NCBI GenBank assembly: GCA_000708835.1
Contig: DF237640.1
Coordinates: 1-44,661 of the forward strand
Origin: Klebsormidium nitens
Lineage: Eukaryota; Plantae; Klebsormidiophyceae
DNA length: 44,661 bases
Direction: 5' to 3'
The notes beneath the pieces were generated by a model. That model did not search any database. It had not been told where the DNA came from and saw only the letters and a program-made list of their open reading frames with translations. Positions 9,611-21,200 of this stretch are shown one piece after another (within the stretch, counting starts at the first letter, position 1; the number at the start of each line of letters is the position of its first letter). The position numbers and the translations under genes are program-made.

Positions 9611-12600
9611 ATGCCTGGCCCCGCTGCCACGGGCTGCCAGCAGGGCCGTCTCCTCTGGCAGGCCCCGCACGCTGGTGCGACGGCGGCGGCGTTCACACAG
9701 AGGCCAACTGGGCCCCCTCCGCATTGGCGGCAGAGTGACGCGCAATTGGCGGCCACGTGCCCCCCCGGCCAGCCCCATTGGCTGGGAGCAGGCGCGGCGC
9801 GCGCGCTGGAGGGGCCAGGGGCCCCCTTGCCTGTTCTGGCGGACGGCGCGCAGGCTGGCCTCCCATGGCCGCGCAGTGGCACGCAGCCGTGTGCTCCGCA
9901 GCGGCGCGCCCGCGGGCAGGCAGTGAGGGCACGGGCGTCCCGGGTGGGCGGGGCAAGCGGGGTGGGGCAGGGGGTGCGGCAGAGCAGGAGGACCACGGAG
10001 CAGCGCACGCGGCGGACACACCCAGCGGAGGGGCAGGAGCAGGCAGAGCCAGCGGCAGCAGAGGAGGGGGAGCGCGCAAGCGGGGCACAGCAGGAAGGGG
10101 CACCATGGGGGGGGCAGCAGGGAGGCACAGCGGGGAAGGAACACAAGGTGGGTCTGCCGCGGGGAGAGTGGGGCCCAACTGTGAAGGCCAGGAGATTTGG
10201 CATGTACGGAGGGCTGGGGGAGGGGGCTGGAGGAGGATTCCGGCTGCAGTGTGATGCTCGCTGGATATTCTCTGCACTCCAAGCATTGCTGTGTGGCATA
10301 CATTGGTACCAAATGTGCCCTGCTGCAACACCTTGGCCGTGCTGATGTCACCAGCGTGTCCACCTGTCCCCTGCTCCTGTGTCCCCCCACCCTCTCTTGT
10401 CCTGCAGCCATGCAGCGCGGGCCAACCAGCGCTGGCAGCGGGTGGGCCCTTGTCTGAGGTCAGAGGGGCCCTGCCGCCCGCCGATGCTGGCCAAGACGCA
10501 GCGGAGAGCCCCTCTGCGGCTGGCATGGGTGGGAGCGGGGTGGGGGTGCTGGCAGCAGAGCACTCTGCGGGGCCTGGGGGGCCTGCCCACATGGCTGACC
10601 CGTCTGCCGGGCCCGAGCAGGGGACACCGGAAGTGGGCCTGGGGAGCGCGCGCGGCGGCGTGCTGCGCGGGCGGCGGGCCATGGCAGCAGTGGAGGTGCG
10701 CACGGGGGACCCCCCCTGGGTGGCGCTGGCGCACAACGCGTACGTGTCCCTGCTGCAGCTGCCGGGGCCGCAGTTCGCGCTCGCGGCCTTCCTGGCGCCC
10801 CTTGCGCTGAGCGCCGCCTTCTCCGCGGCCTACCTGCTGCACCCCGACGGCCTCACCCTCAACGGCACCGGCCTGCGCCAGCGCCAGCTGCAGCTGCAGG
10901 CACACCACGCGCACATGCGCCCCAGCGCAACCCCAGCGGGGGCGGCAGGGGCCACCGCTCCCTCGCTAAAAGGGGAAGCGGCTGCTGCAGAGACCCCCAT
11001 GGGCCAGGGGCCCGCGGAAGCGGGAAGCGCCACCAGCGAGGCGGCAGAGTGGGAGGCGGGCGGTGCGCTGGGCGTGGGCGGGGCTGGCGCACTGGTGTTC
11101 CGCGTGCTCATGTTCAGCGTGGCGCTCTCCACGGGGCTGCAGCCCGAAGTGGTGCCCGCCACGCCCGCCGCTGCCGTGCTGGCCAACCTGAACGCGCTGC
11201 TCGCGCAGCTGCTCTTCGTCTTCCTCAGTGGCGCCGTGTTTGCGCGCCTCTCCCAGCCCGCGCGCCCCATCCGCCCCGCCACAGTCGCCGTCGTCACGCC
11301 CCCCACCCGCGATGCAGGCACGCCCCACCCCTGCAGGCAAGCCCCGCGCCCAGCCACTGGGCCGCGCCCCCTGCCCTGCTGCCCCATGCCTCAGAGCGCG
11401 GCCCCTGTATGAAGAGTTCGCTGGAGCCCCGACATTCTGCTGGGCAGCCTGCCTCGCTGGTGTGCGTGGCACTTCTGAGGGTTCCTTCTCTTGTGCGGTG
11501 TCCTCGTGCAGGCTGCTGATGGCGCGCTTCGTGCTGGCGGGCGCGCCGAAGCAAAGGTGGGACGTTGCCCCTTGATGGCTTCAAAAGAATATCGAAGATT
11601 TCCTTAAATATACCTAATTGCTTACGAGTTTCTCGAAGCCTTTGTACGACCTTCTTGCGGCATTGAAACCGTTGGGAGTCTACTTTGGTTTACCCACTTG
11701 AAACGCTTGCAAATAGTTGGTCTCTCAAATTAAGAATGTTTTGTGTCTATTTGATCTTTGTGATACTTGGCGACTTCATGATTGAAAGGGCCGAAATTGT
11801 TGTTTTTACACGTAAACATTCTGCCACTTGCAGGTAAGGCCTTCTCAAACTGCGTTCGATCGACCACATCGCGGACCGTCGAGGCATGTTCGCAGGCACG
11901 GTGGCTGCGCTGCCTGGCGCGCGCTGAGACCCTCGCCGCATCGTCCTGCCGCAGGTGCGAGCTGATCGACGCCAAGCTGGACTTCACGCTGGGCATCGAC
12001 ACGCGCGATGCGGCCGGCCACCACTTCCGCGCACAGAAGCCCCTCAAGCTGGTAAGACGCGATCCCTCTCACCAGCATTACCCTGCCCTGCCTCTCCAGA
12101 AGCTGCCGCCTCCCTCGCCAGGCCAGGCCGTACTGTGCAGTGCCACGTGCTGCGATCAGGGCAAGCCCCGACGCTGACTCGCCGACCGCGTGTGCGCGCG
12201 CGGGCAGATGCGCGCGGAGGTGGCGCACCTGCAGTTCGGCTTCAACGTGCGCCACGTGGTGGACGAGGCGTCCCCCCTGGCGCACCTGTCGCCGCGCCAG
12301 CTGCAGCAGCAGGACGCCTGCCTCACGCTCAGCGTGGTGAGCCGCCGCCCCGCCCCGCCGCTGGCCCACCCTGCTTGCTGGCCAGTACTGCCGTTGCGGC
12401 GCATGGCTGCCCGGCATTCTCTCCGGCCTTCTCGCGGTTCTGCACTGAGGCGCGGTCGTAAATGTTGCCCGATGCAGGTGGGCGTGGAGCGCGCCTCCCT
12501 GCAAACGGTCTTCCACTCGCAGCAGGTGAGGCACGCCGGGGGACCTTCTCGCCCTCGGGCTGTCCGACCTCACTCTCCATGCGTAGCACATGCGGTATAC

Positions 12601-12954
12601 GCTGCCGGGGGTGGATGGCCGTGCATCCAGCAATTGGTCCATGTGCTGGCCTTTCGCCTAGACACACTTCTGGTATAGTGCACAACGGGCTTCGACAGTG
12701 CATCAAGCTCAGGGTGGTGCTAGTATCAGCTGGTGACACCGTTTACGTAATCAATGCGTTCGTACTCTTTTCGTGCACTGCGTGTATTGATTGCAATTTA
12801 CGTGTGCTTTTGTCGTGTTGCCTTTCTGCAGTACTTCTTTGCGGATGACGAAGTAGTTTGGGATGCTGAATACGAGGACATCATACTGCAAAACAGCGAC
12901 GGTGTTAAGATTTGCGACCACACCAAATTGAACTCTTTCCGAACCATACATTAA
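9611..12954 (+). CDS. Inward-rectifier (Kir/KirBac-like) channel homolog with a non-canonical pore; start codon uncertain
   Basis: Exons 9611-10147, 10408-11336, 11512-11556, 11955-12051, 12208-12336, 12478-12525 and 12832-12954 are frame-consistent. TM1, pore helix MFSV, TM2 ending GAVFARLSQP, then Kir cytoplasmic motifs (RHVVDEASPL, YFFADDEVVWDAEYED). Confidence 0.8.
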
Positions 12955-15256
12955 CAACCAATTGATCAGAGATCCTCACGAGCCACGCTTGTAACACGAG
13001 CCGAAGTGACTGTGTCAAAAGGAAATTGTTGCTTCGAAGCGAGATGTGATCCCGATTATACGCCATCCGCTTGTGTCATAGCGATACATTGCACAAGGTC
13101 ACTAGAAGCGCAATCTTTGGAGTTTAGCGACCCATCATGCATGACATTTTGTAATTCATATTGAGCGAGGGGGCCTAATTATAGTTGAATCCTTCTAGCG
13201 AAGTTTAGGTCACGATCGCACGAAGCGCAACCAAGCGATGATCTCTTGTCAGATATGCCGTAGCCAAACGCTATGATAGGCCATAGGCTTCTCATGGCAT
13301 AATGTTTAGCGATCATAGCTTAACTATGTGATTGCGATCCTGATTGCGGATTATCCTAGCTAGCTTTGTAAGAAATAAATCCACACGAACTTCCAAAGAC
13401 GGTAGGGGCAGGCTAATTGTGCACAATCGCTCTGAGGTCTATTATAAATCTGTCCATTTTGCAGTCTACGAAGCTAGAAACACACGCACACCAAGAAAGT
13501 CGGCAAGTCGATTTGATATTGCTTTGCAGGAGTCGTCCTTTTGATCGCGATCGATACGAATGGCAGAGCCGGAAGCATTCTTACCACTTAAGCGGTCCCC
13601 AAGATAGCAAGAATGTTTCTGTCTGAGACTCTTCGAGTCAGACACTTGTTCCGTCTTCCATGCTTCAATATGATATAGCTCCGACTCAGATAAAGGGCAT
13701 GGTGATCATGTACTTTGAGAATCCCCTGAGAATCATGAATGATCCACATGCCATTGAAGCAGAAACAGACGCTGTCATGCTAGCTTAAAGCGGCGTCCAA
13801 ATCAATAAAAGGTCCTACTAATTGACTACACTGTAGTTAGTTTGAGTCCCGTTTGAGTCCTTTTTAACTTGCATATCAAAGCTCTACTATGGCCAAGTCC
13901 CTAGAAACGTGTTCTGCGACTCCCACAAGCTTTGCCCAATCATTGAATCGAAAGGTGACTCCAGCTGGTTGCGTTCTCCAATTTGTCTTGCGCATGCTAT
14001 GAGTGCAACAAGCATATGCATGCCTCGAGGTAACTCAGATTCACGAGCGCGGTCGCCTCTGAAGTTCGACTAAACGAGCTAGTCACCCTTCTGTTATGCT
14101 GCCAATGTAACATGGGGTATAGCTATTGTGTTTGGGAGAACCTTAAGCAATTGCAACAGAATCTATAGCTGAACCGGCCCGGCTTCATCTTGATGTTCTC
14201 TTTTACACGCCGTAGCCACATGGGCCATAGGCCATGATCGATTCCTTTCATTTGAGTCATTAAGGTTACCGCCGGGGGCCCGGGGCGGGCATCGTATTCT
14301 ATTTAACTTGATGTAGAAGATGTCGGCCCTTAAAATCATCATATACATGGGCCCGAAGAACGAGGCTGGATCCAAAGTAACTGGTACACTGAACTCACTC
14401 TCTTTGTTTGCGAACATATGCACAGCAGGATTAAATAACGTGACACAACTAGAGCATGACAGTTCGAAGGAGGAGCGTGCTAGTTGATCTGGCACGTTGA
14501 TGTTAGTATTGGTAATTTGATGCATGATGCATACTGACAATCATTGACTGGGTTCTCGTTGACACATAAATGTGACTCGAAGCGAGCCTCGCTTTTTGTT
14601 TGGCGCCGACTCATGATCAGGGAACCACTGATTCTTCTTTGCTTTCGACCAGGAAAGATCTACATATTCTGATAGCTGGCTGAACTATCAGACTTTCGCT
14701 TCATGGCGCAGTGTCAGCACTGGGTAGGAGCTCAGCCCCGATCAAAGACTGCAATCACATGTTACCAGTGGGGGCAAGTGTGCAAGTACGCAATCAATCA
14801 GATTTTGACCTTGTGTAAAACCAAACATGAATGTATTATGAATCTATTTTATCTTGCATATTCTCAGATCCACCATGCAGCTACTAGCTTTAACTGGAAG
14901 CGTACATGGCAAGAGCAGTAGAACCTTGGGTGATCTAATGACCTAGGGACCAATAAACATCTTACATGAAGAGAATGTCAACTCCTCTTGCTTCGCCATC
15001 CCTGCCTACCCAATGAATTGAGGTTTGACCAAATTATAACAAGGCCATAAGATCCCGTGTATCTCTTACATAGAAGACGACTTTTAAACCAGGCTCATGC
15101 CAAAGCTCGACTACAACGTTCTGCCCCGACCATGCATACAACGGTCACCTTGGACCGAGGAACCTTCAACGGGCATACACAACATCAATCAGGTCCGATG
15201 CAACCACACCAGCAACTTCGCTGTCTTGTCCAACAGCCCCAAGTGGGAAAGATGGC

Positions 15257-17589
15257 CTAGTCCGAGCTGTCAAAGCGCGCCCCGAAGTCTTGCTGCTCGG
15301 CAGGAGCTGAGAACGCTAGCCCCTCCTGGATGGTCGAGTGCAGGGGGGACTTGTTGGGGAGGAGCGCCGCGTTCTGGTACGAGAAGCCCATGGGCTGCGT
15401 GGAGGGCAGCGCGGTGAGGCTGCTCTGGCACGCGTCCATGGCGGACATGGCCGCCAGCCAGTCCGTCCCCGGGAAGTCCGGCAGCGCGGCCGCCGCCAGC
15501 GACGGCACCTCCGCGCGCCCCTCGCGCTCGCCCAGCACCACGTTGGCCAGCGTGCTGCTGTTGCCCGTGGGGAGAAGCCCCGGGGAAGCCGGCCGCTGCA
15601 CACATGACAACACCGCAGGTCAGCGGGGCTCGCGCAGACTGCGCGGGCTGCGCTGCAGAGACCGGTGGGCAGCGCCCGGTGCCGCACAGCAGGCTGGCAT
15701 GCTCAAATGTTTAAGCCCCGGCTTGCAGCTGCGATGCTTCCGGAATGTGCCAAGAGCTGCTGCTCATGTCTGGATCAGCGTGTGCATTGGCGCTGCTGCC
15801 TGCGTGCCCTGGTGGCCCACCCCAGCGCGCATCCGTGCTCACCGCGGGCTGCTTGGGCTCGGTGTCGCGGGTGGGCTTGTCGCTGTCCGCCGTGTGCGCG
15901 GCCTCTGCCGCGGCCTGCTGCAGGCGCGGCGGCGGCGCCTCCCCAAGGCGCTGGTACAGCTGCAGGACGAGCGCGCGCAGGGCCCCCACCTCGCGCTGCA
16001 GCTCCGCCTGGTGCGCCGCACGCCGCGCCAGCACCGCGTTCTCGCGCCGCAGCTGCTCCAACTGCGCACAAGGGCAAGCAGGAAACAACACGGTCAGCCG
16101 TTGCACCTGAAGTACACCCACGCCCTGGGGCATCTGCAAGCCTCGCCACTTGGCATGTGGGAGCGCCAGGTATGGCAGCGCAATCCTGCAGTCGCCCCCC
16201 TGGTGCTCCTGCTCACCTCCAGCTCCATTTCCCGCGCCTGCTGCTTCTTCTTGGCGCGGTACTTGCGCACCGCCTCCCTGTTCCCGCCGCTGCTGCTGCC
16301 CTTCTTGCCCTTCTTGCCTTCCTCCTCGCTGTCCTCCTGCACCGACTGCTCCCCCCCCATCTCAACGCCGCCCCGCTCCCGCCCGCCCTGCCTCCCATCC
16401 TTCCAGCTCACGCGCGCGCTGGACCGCACACGCTGCTGCACCGCCAGGCCGGCCTGTCGCAGCCGCGACTGCTCCTCCCCCGAGCGCCCCTCCTTCCCCA
16501 GGGCACTGCGGCCGCGCTTGTTACTACGTGGAGGCCCCCCTCGGGCGGCCAGGCCGGGGTCGCTGCGCACGCTGCGGTGCGTGATCAGGCTCTGGCTGTG
16601 CGTCTGCTCCGAGCGTCCACTGGACATGTCCAGGTCTGCGCTGTCGTCCTCATCAGACCCGGACGACGGCGCCGCGCGGGGGGGCACTACCAGGCGCTGC
16701 GGCACGGGCTGGCTCACCCCGCGCGCCTGGGGGGGGGGCATGCCAAAGGGGCTGGGGCGGCGCATCGGGATGGTCTGGACGGGGTGGCCATACCCCTGCA
16801 ACGACACAGCGATCACACAGGTGGGCAGGCTGCACAGGGGGAGGGCTGCCGCGAGCAGGCAGGCAGGCGACAGAGAGGGGCTGCCAGCCAGGGGACTGCT
16901 GCAGCAGTGTGGGAAGAGGGGATGGGGTAAGGGAGGGCAGGAGCAGGGCGGAAAAAGGATGAATGGCAAACCAGTACACCAACGATAAGAATGCACAATG
17001 TACCATCTTTCAAGCTTGCTCTTCTGTAAGAACGGGGTTGGTCCCTTTTTTCCTCCTCATCCAAGCAAGAAAGCTTGCAACGCGGGTCCTGGAATGCAGG
17101 TCAGAATAACAGCTGCCACGCAGTCCTCGCTGGAAGCAAGGGGCCCTGCTGACCAATCCTGGCAACTGTGCTGCCATCCTCAGATTTACCAAAACATGCT
17201 TGCCCTGCGATCCCAGGCTCCTAAGCAAGACAAGAGGGTGTGCATCTGCACCACGCCCCCACTTATGGACCAGCTCCAGGCAGCCGTCACAGGGGAAGAG
17301 CGTGCTGCGGTGCCCCTCCATCCATGGCACTCTCCAAAGAGGACGCACAGTGCTGCACGAGGCGGGGGCGCCAGCGGCCGCTCACCTGCAGGTGGGAGGG
17401 TCCCCGGGCCCCGCCTGCCGTGTCCCCCCCGTCTGCAGCGTTGCCATGCATATTGCGCAGCAGGTCATCCAGGTAGTAGGAGGCGTCCATGATGCCGTGC
17501 TCGCTGCCTCCCTGCCAGACGGGGCTGCTGCCGGGGTCGCCGCCGGGGGGATGAGGAGCCATGCCCAGGGAGCGCAGCGCGTCCTCCAT
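15257..17589 (-). CDS. bZIP transcription factor with an F-group (bZIP19/23-like) basic region, about 446 aa
   Basis: Exons 17386-17589, 16217-16795, 15843-16061 and 15257-15595, all phase 0. GNREAVRKYRAKKKQQAREMELELEQLRRENAVL matches the F-bZIP GNREAVRKYREKKK signature. Confidence 0.85.
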
Positions 17590-17736
17590 TCTAGGCACCA
17601 AACTTCCTGAGTGGGGAGGAGGGAGGGCAAACAGAATTTGCCGGAGGAGTGACCTGTGGTCACCTTCTTTGGTCCTGACACAGGCGAAACAATGGCTGAT
17701 GCCTCTGCCAAATATTCGCCCCACTCGCGTTGCTTT

Positions 17737-18185
17737 GTACCTATCTTAGTGTCCTGAGTACCAAGTCGGGCAGGTACGTACCTTTTGGAACCGTACTCGA
17801 GGGGTTTGAGTACCTAAGGCTACGGTACACTAGACGGGTTTGAGCTTCGGAGGTAGGTAGGTACCTACCTAGACACGAAAACTCCGTGCCAGCCAGCTAG
17901 ACCCTGGTACCTACGGTACGACGGTAGGGACTCAAGCGAGCCATGAGGTACGTACCAAGCCTTTTACGGTACCTAGATACCTACCGGAACCCGGACCTTG
18001 AAGGGTCAGCCTTGACCCCGGGCCCAAGTACCTAGGTACCGGTAGCAGGTACCTACCTAGATCATCTGGAGACGGTCTGGCAACAAGTTGAAGCCTGGCC
18101 TGGGCTGATTCGGAGAACGCCAATGGCGGAGTTTGGCGCGCTTTGTCGGGAGCTCGAAAGAAACCATGGCGATGTATAGTACGGT
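17737..18185. promoter_or_regulatory. GTAC-rich palindromic island in the bZIP / MBD bidirectional promoter
   Basis: 16 GTAC in 17737-18052 plus one at 18179. Perfect palindromes of 16 bp (17855), 12 bp (17772, 18028) and 10 bp (17947). Confidence 0.7.
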
Positions 18186-18282
18186 AGCCCCTGATACTTA
18201 GAGGTGCCGCAACACCAACCCTCTCCCCCCAGTCAGGCCCACACGCTGGGGCTGTGCTTGAGCGCAGTCCCTTTCGTGTCGG

Positions 18283-21200
18283 TTGTTATTTTCCGATATG
18301 GGAGATGCGCACGGCAGCTCCATGGTGGAAGCAGCGGGACTATGGCCAGTGGCGGCACATGATGGTCGTGAGCATGGAGGGCGCGCGGGTGCGGCCTTTT
18401 TGCCAGGGCAGGCCCGCAGCAGCCCGGCTTGGATTGTGGGACGCGAAGGCCGGGCTGCCTCCGGAGGGGCAGGCAGTAAAGCGGAGGGGCCGGAGAACGG
18501 GTCAGATGTGGGAGAGGAAGCGGCAGGCTGGGTGGACTACTCCGCGCAGAATGAGGAGGCAGTGGACGGAGCAGAGCCGCTGGAGAGCCAGGATGCGCAC
18601 CAGCGGCCGGCAGCACGGCCAGGGGATGCCAGGGTCGCGCCCGGTGTGTCTTGTGTGGACCTGACTAGCCCCCCTGGTCACCATGCTGAGGCTCCGCTTC
18701 TCTCTGATGAAGAGCGCCCTGGCGCAGGACCGCACGGCGCGCACTCTCCTGCAGGGGGGAAGAGGCCACAGGCACAGGCAGACACGAGTGCACCGAACAA
18801 GCGTGCCGAAGCAACAGCAGCGCAGGAGTGGGGGTCGGGGAACGGCCCCACCCTTGCAACCAATGCGGCAGGGACGGGGATGGAGGACGGGCAGGCAGCG
18901 GAGGAAGCGAACGGGGCGGGCCGCTTGCCAGCGGAGGAGGAGCCAAAGGAATCGGGGCGCGGTGAGTCAGACGTAACGGGGGTTGGGGAAGGGGAGGGGG
19001 AGGGGGAGGTGCTGGCATCCGCGGCGGACGACGAGGCGGGCAGCGCGGAGCAGCTGGCGGAGCCGGTGGAGGGCCTGCGCAGGCTGGCAGCCAGCGCCAC
19101 GCTTAAGGCAGCGCCGCGGGAAGGGGGCGGCCAAACGTCAGCCCTGTCGTCAAGTGACATCCTGCAGTGCGGGGGGGTGGCGCGCTGGGAGGCTCTGCTG
19201 GCCAATATTGCAGCGGGAGAGATCCAGCTGAACCCCGAGACTGGCAGCTACGAGCACCGCAAGGTGGTCAAAATAGAGGAGCAGAGCATGCCGGCAGTGA
19301 CCTACGGGAACGGGCGGGCGCAGGAGAAGCCGCGCGAGAGGAGGCAGGCGCCGGAGAGGGCTCCCCCGGGCCGCCGGCGCAGGAGCGACCCTGAGGCAGG
19401 GGCCCTGGTGACGAGCAAGGAGGGCAGCACGGGCGCTCCGAAGCTGGCTGCGCTGGTGGACGACTTTGTGCAAAAATTGGAGGCACTTTTCGAGCAAGGT
19501 GAGGGGTCGGGGAGTGGCAGGCCGGGGGAGGAGATCCCCCTGCCAAAGTGGATCTCAACAATGTGTCCACTCTCTCGCTGTCACCCGTCCAGGAGCAGCC
19601 GTGCTGCTGACTGCAGCGTTTGCTGGCATCGTGTTCGTACAAGTGTTGCTCAGCTTGTTAGCACCTCTCTCATGCTGCTTGCCCGCTTCTTCTGCCTTGG
19701 CCGTCACTGTGAGCAGTTCTGACGTACAGCGGTGCGCGCAGATCTGACGGCGGAGATGCAGCGGCGCGCGTCGCGGTGCACCCCAAGCACCCTAGGCGCC
19801 AAGGCAAGTGTGCCGCTGCGCAGCAACCGACGAGCGGCCCGCTACAGGGAGCCTCCCGAGGGTTCAGCATGCCACTTGCGCCTCCTCCTCTGCCTCCTGC
19901 ATCTGTGTGGCCCTCTGTCCTGCTCCCTTGTAGCCCCCTCTTGCGCGCTGCTCTTGGGTGCCTCCTGCCTGACCTGCGCTGTGGTGCGGTGCCAGGTGTC
20001 GCGCCTGGCGGGCCACCCCAACGCCGGCCGCGGCCCCGCGTCGGGCTACATGGACGAGAGCGCCAAGAACAGCGCGGCGCTGCGCGAGGCGGCGGAGCCC
20101 ATCATCAAGGCACTCCTCTTCCGAGGCCACTACGGTGAGCGCGCACCCGGGAGCGGGGTGGCAACCTAGTGCTGCTCTTTGGGCCTGGATACGCCATGCC
20201 GCCTGCGCGCCTGGGCGGACACGGACCATCGGTGGCTGCCTGTGCGCCCGCGCTGGTGTGGTGCCTGATGCCGGTGCGCTGCTGTGCAGGGAGCACCACG
20301 CTGGCGGCCAGCATGGCGGGCCCCTTGTTCTACCCCGCCAATGCGGCTGGGCCCGAGTTGCTGGCTGCGCTGCGCGAGGCGTGCCAAGGAGCTGCGCCCG
20401 TGGCAGGGCGCGCGGGGCCCATGGCGCGCCTGCTGCTGGACCTGCAGGACGGCGCGCGCCCCGCTCTGTCTGGCGACGGCAGCCCCGAGGAGCAGGACGC
20501 CCGCGTGCAGGTAAGCTTGGCCCGCAGTGCAGCTAGGATGGCGGGGCAACCCCCGCAAGTGTGCGGGCAAGCCACACTGCGGGTACTGGGGGATGGAAGG
20601 GCAGGGCACTTTCGCAGTGGCTGAGCGAGCGAGTGTGGTGCTGCGTGCGTGCGCAGGCGTGGGGTGCGGCGGTGCGCGGGTGCTGCGGCGCGGCGGTGGA
20701 GGTGCTGGAGGCGGTGGACTTCTTCAAGCTGTGCTGCGCCGAGGCGGCCGCCACAGCGCAGGAGGAGGCCGCAGGGGTCATGCTCACTGCCAAGGTCCGC
20801 GGCGGAGCCCGCACTCGTTCCCAGAGCTCTTGCTGGGGGGAACACATTGATGAGCGCTTGTGTGTTTGGCTGGCTTGCTCTGCTTGCACAGGCTGGCCCT
20901 GGCCCCCATGTGTCCACCCTGCTCGCCGCCCTGAATGAATTGGCTTTGCATGGGTGTGTGCAGCGGAGCAAGCGCGCCATCCTCTCGAGCCGGCAGGCGG
21001 CTGGCAGCAAGTCCAAGTGGGAGCACCTGGAGGACAGCGTTGCCCCGCTCGCGCAGATCGTCGCACAGCGAGTAAGGGAACCCTTGCAACCCCCCTGCCT
21101 GCTGGCCGGCTCAGCGCTGGTTGTGCATGCCACCGTGCGCCATGTTGCTCATTGGCCTGCTTGAGTGAGCCTCGGAGCGTGGGTTTGGTGCCCCCGAGTC

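Noticed and set aside
12960-15250. Short intergenic ORFs such as 14163-14540 and 14703-14921
   Set aside because: No recognisable motifs, splice structure or codon bias; any TE origin cannot be supported by eye.
15330-16988. 552-aa plus-strand ORF and similar long overlapping ORFs (6945-8144, 9310-10299, 9693-10736)
   Set aside because: They are antisense shadows of GC-rich spliced genes, run through introns, are Arg/Ala/Pro-biased and show no recognisable motifs.
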